Source: a virus
Length of the DNA: 43,108 nucleotides
Strand: one strand, 5' to 3'
IMG/VR virus record: IMGVR_UViG_3300002461_000252
Coordinates: 1 to 43,108 of that record
Below are positions 7,608-15,313 of this stretch, one piece after another; within the stretch, counting starts at the first letter, position 1; each line of letters starts with the position of its first letter. The notes below the pieces were generated by a model. The model was not told the DNA's origin and searched no databases. It worked only from the letters and a program-made list of their open reading frames with translations. Position numbers and translations under genes: made by a program.

Positions 7608-7970
7608 CTAAGTCTTTGTCTTGAACAGCGTCGAAACTTTTTCCCACACGCCCAGCAAGGTCATCACGGCGCCCGCGACCATGAACCATAGTATTTTGAC
7701 GAGTAGCTTTGTGGCTTCCATGACCTTGATGCTGTATTGTAGTTGCGCGATATCTTCCGGGTGAGCGCGCTCAAGCCATTTCAGGGCTGACTTGTCGGCA
7801 TTCTTCAGAAGGTCTTTTGCCTCCTGCGGCAAGTCCGCAATGAAGTCGGCGGCCTCCAGCATGTTGGCGGCGCGCTGATCGGTTAAGCAGACCAAGAACG
7901 CCTTTTGCACGTCCGTCATTTTATCCGGATCAAATACTCCCAACGGCGCCATCAAGTGACCGATGAGCAA
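7608..7970 (-). CDS. hypothetical protein with a C-terminal transmembrane segment (start uncertain)
   Basis: LLVKILWFMVAGAVMTLLGVW near the C-terminus. TTG at 7970; in-frame ATGs at 7952 and 7919. Confidence 0.55.
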   Translation of the reverse strand: MLIGHLMAPLGVFDPDKMTDVQKAFLVCLTDQRAANMLEAADFIADLPQEAKDLLKNADKSALKWLERAHPEDIAQLQYSIKVMEATKLLVKILWFMVAGAVMTLLGVWEKVSTLFKTKT

Positions 7971-8101
7971 AATTGTACAGGCCCCCTCCGGGAGACTGTG
8001 GTTTGATGGGTCGCAACTTTCATTTGGAATTCTACCTTCCGGATGGGAGCCAGGATCGTCGCACTGTGCAACCAGCGCGTCGGCCCGCTTGTTGTTATCG
8101 T

Positions 8102-8311
8102 TTAGATCGGCCGATTAAACCGATCAATCAATCCATCCAGGTCCGTCTCGGTTTCGGCAAGATCGGCCTCGGTCACCGTGCCGGCCTCTGCCTTCTTGAG
8201 CAGGACGCGCACGGCGCGATAGGCCGGCCCGGCGTTCTGGCCGGTGTTGACCAGCGTCTGCACCGCACCAATACCCTTGAGAATAACCGGAAGAAGTTTG
8301 CTGAAATCCAT
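8102..8311 (-). CDS. hypothetical protein (69 aa)
   Basis: AGGAGG SD. Follows the lipoprotein gene. Confidence 0.65.
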   Translation of the reverse strand: MDFSKLLPVILKGIGAVQTLVNTGQNAGPAYRAVRVLLKKAEAGTVTEADLAETETDLDGLIDRFNRPI

Positions 8312-8313
8312 GG

Positions 8314-8721
8314 CTATCGAGCCTCCTGTATGACGACGCCGTTTTCAGCGGCCCTGCCCTTTACGACCCCGATCAGATCGACCACCTGATTGAACACCAC
8401 GGAAGCGTTGACTTGATCGTTTGTCCGCACAAACCGACGCAGTTGCGTCAGGTACGGCGGTATCTGCCGGGTATAAACCTGCACCGCGGAAATTTGCTCC
8501 CGACAAGAGACGTTGATCGTGCCGGCCTCGCAGGCGTCGCGCCAGGCATTCAGCCCGGTAAACACCAGCACCGCGCCGGCCTCGATTTGCTGCAGGCGAT
8601 CCCGCGTTACAGGATTGGAGATCGACGCGGTGCCAAGGTCCGCGAAGGTCTGGAGCTTGGAGAAGAACTGACAACCGCCAAGAGCAAGAGTTAGCGTGAT
8701 GGCGAGGATGATGCGCTTCAC
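8314..8721 (-). CDS. lipoprotein (136 aa), possible spanin component
   Basis: GTG start with a GGGAGG SD. VKRIILAITLTLALGGC lipobox. GTGA overlap with the holin-like gene. Confidence 0.7.
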   Translation of the reverse strand: MKRIILAITLTLALGGCQFFSKLQTFADLGTASISNPVTRDRLQQIEAGAVLVFTGLNAWRDACEAGTINVSCREQISAVQVYTRQIPPYLTQLRRFVRTNDQVNASVVFNQVVDLIGVVKGRAAENGVVIQEAR

Positions 8722-9005
8722 TTTATGACCTCCCTGGTTGGAGTTTCTGGCCCAGTGGCCGACGCCGGCGTGATGGTGGTGGTGAACCATGTTTTAGCGA
8801 CCCAGGTCACGGCAGCCTGAATCCCTTGAATGCCAGTTACAATCGCCAACTGCGTCTCAACTGGAATCTCGTATTTGTTGCCAGAAAGGATAGCGAGGAC
8901 TGTTGCCGCTATGCCGACGGCTTGCGTCCAGTTTATCTTGCTCATCCACGCGGACTTGATATCAACCTGCGCAACCGTAGTAAGATTTGTTTCAGTAGTG
9001 TTCAC
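8718..9005 (-). CDS. holin-like membrane protein (95 aa)
   Basis: GTG start with an AGGAGA SD. Hydrophobic segments AVGIAATVLAILSG and LAIVTGIQGIQAAVTWV. Lies immediately downstream of the endolysin. Confidence 0.65.
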   Translation of the reverse strand: MNTTETNLTTVAQVDIKSAWMSKINWTQAVGIAATVLAILSGNKYEIPVETQLAIVTGIQGIQAAVTWVAKTWFTTTITPASATGPETPTREVIK

Positions 9006-9051
9006 TTTTTAATCTCCTGTGATGCTGGTGACGCGATGCCGTCGCGCGGCG

Positions 9052-9711
9052 TTAGTCCAGTTGGTTCAGTTTGTTCAGCGCGGCCCATGTTTGAGGCCCG
9101 GCTTTCCCATCAGGTTCCAGCTTGTGCCGGACCTGAAACAGCCGGAGCGCAAATTCCGTCTCCGACCGGGCTTCGTATTTCCCGGTGACCGCGCAGCCGA
9201 GCCACTTTTGAAGGCGCTCCACATCGGCCCCGGAGGCCCCTGGAGCGAGCGTTGCGGGAGGGCGCACAAACTCCTTGGCCGCCGCAGGATCGACCAGCGG
9301 AAGCCCCGCAAGCTGCCACGGGGACATGTCGTCATACTTTCCCTTGTCGGGAACCACCGAAATATGGACATGGTGGTTATGCGGGTTTGAGCCGCTGTAT
9401 TTCCGCCACTTCCATGGGCTCGGCCCGGCCGCTCCGGAACCGATCCGGCCATTGCTGATGACGTATTTGATGCGCGGGTCTTTGTTGCGCAGCAGCGTGT
9501 CGGCAAAGGCGTAGGAGTCGAACCCGCCTTTCGGGTCATGGGTGATGTCGACGGCCTTGACCACGCCGTTCGCATCCGGGTTATGATCGGACGGCCGGGC
9601 GGAATGTGAGGTGTCCCCAACGGCACCATCAGAAGCCTTGCTCCTCTTCGGCCATTTGGTGTTGACCTGGGAACGCAGGGTTTCGAGCGCGCGCGCAAGC
9701 CGCCACGACAT
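9052..9711 (-). CDS. endolysin: metallopeptidase-like N-domain plus a PG_binding_1-type C-domain
   Basis: SHSARPSDHNPD...AVDI...NHHVHIS resembles M15-type zinc ligands. The C-terminus VERLQKWLG...FALRLFQVRHKLEPDGKAGPQTWAAL is a peptidoglycan-binding repeat. Confidence 0.8.
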   Translation of the reverse strand: MSWRLARALETLRSQVNTKWPKRSKASDGAVGDTSHSARPSDHNPDANGVVKAVDITHDPKGGFDSYAFADTLLRNKDPRIKYVISNGRIGSGAAGPSPWKWRKYSGSNPHNHHVHISVVPDKGKYDDMSPWQLAGLPLVDPAAAKEFVRPPATLAPGASGADVERLQKWLGCAVTGKYEARSETEFALRLFQVRHKLEPDGKAGPQTWAALNKLNQLD

Positions 9712-9791
9712 GGCAAATTCTCCGATTTCAGGGGTGTTCTAGGTGGGGTTGCAGTGCTAAGGAACCTGCCAGACATTCTGACGACGGGCCT

Positions 9792-10832
9792 ATGACGTTT
9801 CAGTGCAATATCTGCCGATCGAAGCAGATCGGAAAAGCGGCGCTACGAGGCGACGGTAAGCGCATCCTGTTCTGCATGGATTGTGGGATGGGAACGATAG
9901 AAAACCCGCCGGAAAGCACAGGCGAGTTTTATGAGGACGGATACTACGGCGGAAACGCCGAGGGCCACGGATATGCCGACTATCATATGACTGCGGAGCA
10001 TACCCAGCTTTGGGTTCGGCTGATGGTCGAAGCGATCCGCAGTAGCGGACGCATTCTGGATATCGGTTGCGCAGACGGTTACATGCTGTCGCGCCTGCCA
10101 AAGGGCTACGAACTATTCGGCATCGAAGCCAACGTATCGGCGACCGAACAAGCCAAGGCAAAGGGCATCACTGTACTTTCCAATGACATCGCCGCGCTAA
10201 GCGACAGCGCCGAACGGTTCGACGTAATCTCCTCAATTGCTACATTCGAACACGTTCTAGACTTTCGCCAAGCGTTCGATTTGTCGCTACGATCGCTCAA
10301 ACCGGATGGCGTCCTCATCTTCGATGTTCCTCTGATGTCCGAGAGCGAAGACAACCGCGACTGGCTAAACGCTTCCTATGAGCATATTTCGTATCCCACG
10401 GTTAGCGGGATGCAACGGCTGTTCAGCGAATTGCCTGCATATTGCCGTGGCTTCGAATCGAAAATCCGCGGCTTTAGCAGCACCTACATCGGCCTCGCCT
10501 CTCCCGATGAGGAGGCGTTCAACCATGCCGATCAACTATTTGAGGCGATGACGGCCCCCACCTTGTCCGGCCTGACGCCGGCGCAACGCTGCCTAAATCT
10601 GTCTTACCATGTAGTCCACGGGTTTGACCCGAACTATGAGCGGATCGCCGCATTGCCGGAGATGGCGAAATCTATGGACATAAACGACTTGATGCCTCAT
10701 CTTTGCCGACTATGGCTTTCGGACAGTCTGCTGGCTGAAAGGTCCGCTTTTGCGGAGCAGCAAGCGAAAAACTGGAGAGCTGCTTACGACCAACTCCTTC
10801 GCGATACGACGGCTCCCGCACAAACCAAATAG
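9792..10832 (+). CDS. class I SAM-dependent methyltransferase with an N-terminal 4-Cys zinc ribbon
   Basis: CNIC...CMDCG, then RILDIGCADGYML (motif I) and PDGVLIFDVP. Opposite strand to all the surrounding late genes. Confidence 0.8.
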   Translation: MTFQCNICRSKQIGKAALRGDGKRILFCMDCGMGTIENPPESTGEFYEDGYYGGNAEGHGYADYHMTAEHTQLWVRLMVEAIRSSGRILDIGCADGYMLSRLPKGYELFGIEANVSATEQAKAKGITVLSNDIAALSDSAERFDVISSIATFEHVLDFRQAFDLSLRSLKPDGVLIFDVPLMSESEDNRDWLNASYEHISYPTVSGMQRLFSELPAYCRGFESKIRGFSSTYIGLASPDEEAFNHADQLFEAMTAPTLSGLTPAQRCLNLSYHVVHGFDPNYERIAALPEMAKSMDINDLMPHLCRLWLSDSLLAERSAFAEQQAKNWRAAYDQLLRDTTAPAQTK

Positions 10833-10843
10833 GGATTGTTCAA

Positions 10844-11029
10844 ATGAACCACGACTCCATCGAGCAGATCGAGAAAGCTATCGCAGTATTGATGGATGAC
10901 AGCCTGCCGAAGGATGCCCGCGCACTTGTTGCCGAGGTTCTGATTGCGGATATTCAGCAGAGGTTTGGGCTTCCCGCAGCTCGGCTAGATACTGACGCTG
11001 GTATTGTTGGCCGCAAACACCTGTCCTGA
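10844..11029 (+). CDS. small hypothetical protein co-oriented with the methyltransferase (61 aa)
   Basis: AGGGA upstream of the ATG. The 3' end overlaps the convergent tailspike ORF by 45 nt. Confidence 0.45.
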   Translation: MNHDSIEQIEKAIAVLMDDSLPKDARALVAEVLIADIQQRFGLPAARLDTDAGIVGRKHLS

Positions 11030-12250
11030 CGAAACGCCAGACTGATAGATTCCGGTCAGCATCGTCGGCAATCCGCCCTCGTTCTGAAAACGGTTGCCGT
11101 TGATCATGACCGAGCCGAGCGATGTCGGCTGAAAGTCGATCAACCCGATTGCGTTGCGTCCGACGACGCCGACAGCCGCGCCGCCCATGCCGCAGCTAAT
11201 GATGGTATTGTTTCGGATAGTGGTATCGCAAGACAAGGTGCCGTTTGCGACCGACTGAACGCCAACCCCGGAACCGCCAGCGTAATAGATATTGTTGTTT
11301 TCGATCGTGGTGTGCTGGAGATAATTTCCCCCCTCAAAGTTGTGGATGACGATTGCGCCAGAGGCCCCGTAATATAGTTCATTCCCGGCGATGCGCGTCC
11401 GCCATGAGTTCCCGATGTTAATCATGTCGCCAGTACCGACAATGAACTCTACTCCGCTGGCAGAGGTCGCGGCGGCATTTAGCGTCAGCACATTGCTGGA
11501 CGGAACTCCAACAACATATCCCTCGGTGAAGTTGCCGCCCGGCGACATGATGCAGAACCCTCCCGGCTTGAGGCCCGCGAAATCGGCACCAGACACTCGC
11601 GTCACCGTCGTGCCGGAAACATTGCAAACGCCCCTTCGCTGCACGCCCTCAATGCGATTGTTGAGTATCTGATTACCGTGCGACTTCTTAACGACAATGA
11701 CGTGCTGACCAAGATTTTCCCAGAACGTATTGAAGGCGAATAGCCCGTTGGTGACGACGGCACCCCCAATCGTGGACACCGCAAGGGCAATGCAGTTGAT
11801 GTTCTGGAAATCATTGTGGCAAACTATCGGCCGCCGACCGTTCGACACATTGACGCCAGTTCCAACCATATTCCGAAACTTATTCCATTCCAGAACTACA
11901 TCATTCGCGGACCCGATGTAGACGCCGTTTCGGTTCGGGTATTCCTCGTTGTTGTCTCTGTTCTGGTCAACAATACAGCCGCGCATTGAGGACCCATGCG
12001 CCGCGCCGGTGTCAAAGTCCACCAGCGGATGAAGGTTCGCGCCAGCTCCCTGCTTAATAACCGTGTTGCTGCCGACAAGCTGCACGCCAGGTCGCATCAC
12101 AAGGGGTGATGTCAACGTGAACGTACTGGCGTCCGCATAGACCGTCCCGTTAGGGCTGGCAGCGTCAACCGCGGCCTGCAAGGTAAGTTTGGGACTTTCC
12201 GGGTTTAGCCCGCTGTTTGAATCGCTGCCGGACGCCGAGACGAAGGTCAT
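10985..12250 (-). CDS. tailspike / polysaccharide depolymerase (right-handed beta-helix)
   Basis: SGSDSNSGL..PK.TLQAAVDAA N-terminus typical of pectate-lyase-fold proteins. Repeated N-x-I/V rungs (NNRIEG, NNNIYY, NNTIIS). Confidence 0.75.
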   Translation of the reverse strand: MTFVSASGSDSNSGLNPESPKLTLQAAVDAASPNGTVYADASTFTLTSPLVMRPGVQLVGSNTVIKQGAGANLHPLVDFDTGAAHGSSMRGCIVDQNRDNNEEYPNRNGVYIGSANDVVLEWNKFRNMVGTGVNVSNGRRPIVCHNDFQNINCIALAVSTIGGAVVTNGLFAFNTFWENLGQHVIVVKKSHGNQILNNRIEGVQRRGVCNVSGTTVTRVSGADFAGLKPGGFCIMSPGGNFTEGYVVGVPSSNVLTLNAAATSASGVEFIVGTGDMINIGNSWRTRIAGNELYYGASGAIVIHNFEGGNYLQHTTIENNNIYYAGGSGVGVQSVANGTLSCDTTIRNNTIISCGMGGAAVGVVGRNAIGLIDFQPTSLGSVMINGNRFQNEGGLPTMLTGIYQSGVSSGQVFAANNTSVSI

Positions 12251-12252
12251 CG

Positions 12253-13905
12253 TCAGATTTTCCCCGAAAGGCTTATCATTTGATAATCGGCGCCGAAAAA
12301 CGTTGCGTTATTGATGCCGTCTGCAAATTCAAGGGCCTGATAATAATGCACCCCGATAGCCGGTATCTTGGAGTACGAGGTAACGGGTATGCCCGCCGCC
12401 GTAGTGACGCCGTTTGCCAGCACGTTGGAAAGCGTGCTGGAAACGGCGGTCGCTGAATCTTCACCAATTCCGATGACCCCGTAGGCGTTTGTATTTGCAA
12501 TGCGGATGTTTGATTTTGTCGTGACGATGATACTGTCTTCCGAAAGACCGACAACGATCGTAACCCGGTTGCCGGCGGAGTTGTTAGCTTGGCGGGGAGT
12601 ACCAGAGGAATAGGTCCACGAAGCCGTGGAATCCCTAACTTCAGTTGAAACATTTACACGATTGTAAGCGTTCCAAACCCCCAAAAATCCAGCCGTGCCA
12701 CCTGCTGCGGTAGCCCCGAAAATAAAATCCAGTTGTGACGAACCGTTGCTCCGCGTGGTCCCAACGTAAGTTCCGCGCGAAGCGGCAGGACCGTTGGTAA
12801 TGGCGGCATTGTTAAGATAGATGCCGTTGACCATGACAAGAGCGGTGCCGGCCGAACGCGCCGTGTCGCTAGTCCAATCCGGCCCATGGCTCAGACGGAC
12901 GGTTCCAGCGTCGTTCCACACAAACCAGTCGTTGACCTTGCTGGCACCGATGGCCGCCGGGTTCTTGACCGTGTCTGTCGTCGCTACGGAGATTTCAGCA
13001 ACTGCTGTCGGGACCATATTCGTTCCGTCATAGAGCGGAACCATGTTTCCGACATAGGGAGTGTAATAAATCGTCGTCTTGGCGCTTTGCGTCGTCGTCA
13101 TGACTGGGACGCTGGTCGCCAGCGTCAACCGCCCCTGCGGCGGGAAATAGGACACGACAGCGCCAGTCTTGCCGTTGAGCGATGCCACGCCCGCAACACC
13201 ACCAGCAACCTGCGCGTCAACGTAGGCCGTTGTAGCAATTTGCGTGCTATTGTTGCTGGGTGCCGCGGTTGGTGCGGCAGGAACTCCCGTAAAAGTCGGA
13301 GATGCAATCGGAGCCTTTAGCGCGTCGTTTCCGTAGAGCTTCTGAACTGCCGTCAAGATCGAATCGGTCGCCGTCACCGTGCCTGTGCTGCTGGCGAACC
13401 CGGTCAGAACCTTAGCGATAACGGGAGCGTTGGTCAGCGTGGTTGCGTTTCCGACGCTGGTAACGTCTCCAGTAAGATTTGCGTTGGTGGTGACGTTGCC
13501 GGCGGTGAGGCCCGAGGCAGTTCCGGTCAGGTTGGTGGCAACACCAGAGGCTGGCGTCCCCAATGCCGGCGCCACAAATGTCTGCTGCCCGGCCCAGCTA
13601 TGCGCAGTCGAGAACACGTCCGCATTGAGCATGGCCGATGTAACTTTGGTGGCGCCGATGGCCGTCACGCCCGCAGCGGAAAGCGTCACATCGCCGGTGA
13701 GTGTCCGGCAGATCGGGGCGGCTGCGGATTGTCCGACCGCAAGCTGCGCCGAGGTGCAGAGCAACGAAGCATAGCCAGTTGTCCCCGGCCCTCTACCGAT
13801 CGCAAAGGCATTGGCCGTAACCGTGCCGGGGTTCTGCGCCAGTGCCGGAGAGACAATAAAAAAGGCCGCCGAAGCGACCGCGAAAAGCCTATGCAGGTAT
13901 CTCAT
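12253..13905 (-). CDS. tail fibre-like protein with a signal-peptide-like N-terminus (550 aa)
   Basis: TQIATTAYVDAQV fibre motif and T/A/G-rich repeats. N-terminus MRYLHRLFAVASAAFFIVSPALA-QN. Confidence 0.75.
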   Translation of the reverse strand: MRYLHRLFAVASAAFFIVSPALAQNPGTVTANAFAIGRGPGTTGYASLLCTSAQLAVGQSAAAPICRTLTGDVTLSAAGVTAIGATKVTSAMLNADVFSTAHSWAGQQTFVAPALGTPASGVATNLTGTASGLTAGNVTTNANLTGDVTSVGNATTLTNAPVIAKVLTGFASSTGTVTATDSILTAVQKLYGNDALKAPIASPTFTGVPAAPTAAPSNNSTQIATTAYVDAQVAGGVAGVASLNGKTGAVVSYFPPQGRLTLATSVPVMTTTQSAKTTIYYTPYVGNMVPLYDGTNMVPTAVAEISVATTDTVKNPAAIGASKVNDWFVWNDAGTVRLSHGPDWTSDTARSAGTALVMVNGIYLNNAAITNGPAASRGTYVGTTRSNGSSQLDFIFGATAAGGTAGFLGVWNAYNRVNVSTEVRDSTASWTYSSGTPRQANNSAGNRVTIVVGLSEDSIIVTTKSNIRIANTNAYGVIGIGEDSATAVSSTLSNVLANGVTTAAGIPVTSYSKIPAIGVHYYQALEFADGINNATFFGADYQMISLSGKI

Positions 13906-14456
13906 AATGCGTATCCGACTCCTGGAATGGGCCGCAGGAAGACGCTGCCGGTATCGGCTGCAATCGTCCAGCTCGTGAGGTTGCCGGGAAATTTGTCTGC
14001 CCCGGAAAGGTTGATGGTGATTGCGTTGGTGCCGGCGTCAGCCTTCCAATCCGAGATCAGAACAGGGCACGTTTTCGCCGACGCCAGCGGCATGGTGAGC
14101 GAGATCGGAGCGCCCACCGCCTGATTAACGCGAACAATGCCGGTGTTATTGTTGATCGCAACCGGGCCGGCTGCCGTGATATGCTGCTCAATCTGAGTCG
14201 CGCTGGCAAGCAGCGAAGCCAGCGTGACGGTGCGATAGAGGCCGGAGGACCTATCCTCTACCGCGACATACGCCGTTGTCGGGTCCGTGATCGGTCCGGC
14301 TGTCAGGATAGAATAGTCAACGCCGAACGTGTAGGTTTGATTGGCCCTGGTGACGGTGATAAAATCCTCACCCGCGACATTGGCCGGGAAGTGAACATCC
14401 ATCTTCCCCTTGATGACCGGCTTGGGGAAAACCTTGATTTTAATGATGGGCGTCAT
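13902..14456 (-). CDS. tail-associated structural protein (184 aa)
   Basis: ATGA-coupled on both sides within the fibre cluster. Confidence 0.7.
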   Translation of the reverse strand: MTPIIKIKVFPKPVIKGKMDVHFPANVAGEDFITVTRANQTYTFGVDYSILTAGPITDPTTAYVAVEDRSSGLYRTVTLASLLASATQIEQHITAAGPVAINNNTGIVRVNQAVGAPISLTMPLASAKTCPVLISDWKADAGTNAITINLSGADKFPGNLTSWTIAADTGSVFLRPIPGVGYAL

Positions 14457-14794
14457 ATCCGCGCGATCCCGTCGCGGGCCGAAATCGATCCGGTAAACAG
14501 CGAGATCGTCTCGCCGTTCAGCAAATAGACCCCGCCCATGTTATAGGTGCCAGCGCAGAGGTTTTTCATCTCCAAAACCGGAACAGTGAGTTCGAAGATG
14601 CCGGGCGAGATGATGGCGATCTTGCCATTGCCGGTCGTTGCCTCAATCCTGATACCGCCGTCTTGATCCCTCACCTCGATTTCAATCGTGGCCCCGGTGA
14701 AGTCGATGAGATCGCCGGTTTTGCCGTCGTTAAATTGGAATTGCGTTTTCCAGTCGGCGTTGTTCGGTACGGCGGTGTTGAGGGTGATGGACAT
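14453..14794 (-). CDS. tail-associated structural protein (113 aa)
   Basis: Coupled starts and stops. Beta-rich sequence. Confidence 0.7.
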   Translation of the reverse strand: MSITLNTAVPNNADWKTQFQFNDGKTGDLIDFTGATIEIEVRDQDGGIRIEATTGNGKIAIISPGIFELTVPVLEMKNLCAGTYNMGGVYLLNGETISLFTGSISARDGIARI

Positions 14795-15309
14795 CAGGCA
14801 GCCCTAGCAAATTCGCTGTGAAGTTTGGCGCGCATTCCGTTGGCGTGCTTCACGGCTTGGCCGAAACACTTAAAATGCGTGATGTAGTATTGCCCGCCGC
14901 TATGACCGACAGCCACGCGCCACCTAGTTTCCTTATTCCATTTGACTTTGAAAACGCATTTGATCCCCGTCTTATTGCGAGTACTGAGGCGGCGGTTCTG
15001 GTTGTTCTGCGATGATGTCGCGAGGCGGAGATTCTCTTTTCTGTTATCGGATCGATCGCCATTAATATGGTCAACTTCGCCGTTCGGATGCTCACCGTGG
15101 TACAAAGACCATGCGATGCGATGAACGGAATAAATCTTGCGGCCAAGCATCACTTGCCGATAACCAATATTGTTTAGATACCCAGCCTCCATTCCGGCGG
15201 CGCGTTTCTTCGTCGCCGCCAGCAAGATCAGCCGACCATCATTCGGATCAATTGAAAAAACCTCCCACAGAATTTCTACGGAAGGCAATAACACCTTGAT
15301 TTTGTTCAT
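14794..15309 (-). CDS. free-standing HNH homing endonuclease with an AP2-like C-domain
   Basis: YSVHRIAWSLYHGEHPNGEVDHINGDRSDNRKENLRLATSSQN (HNH_3), then GIKCVFK..RWRVAV (AP2-like). The ATG at 15309 is 5 nt after the upstream stop. Visibly more AT-rich than its neighbours. Confidence 0.85.
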   Translation of the reverse strand: MNKIKVLLPSVEILWEVFSIDPNDGRLILLAATKKRAAGMEAGYLNNIGYRQVMLGRKIYSVHRIAWSLYHGEHPNGEVDHINGDRSDNRKENLRLATSSQNNQNRRLSTRNKTGIKCVFKVKWNKETRWRVAVGHSGGQYYITHFKCFGQAVKHANGMRAKLHSEFARAA

Positions 15310-15313
15310 TGTT

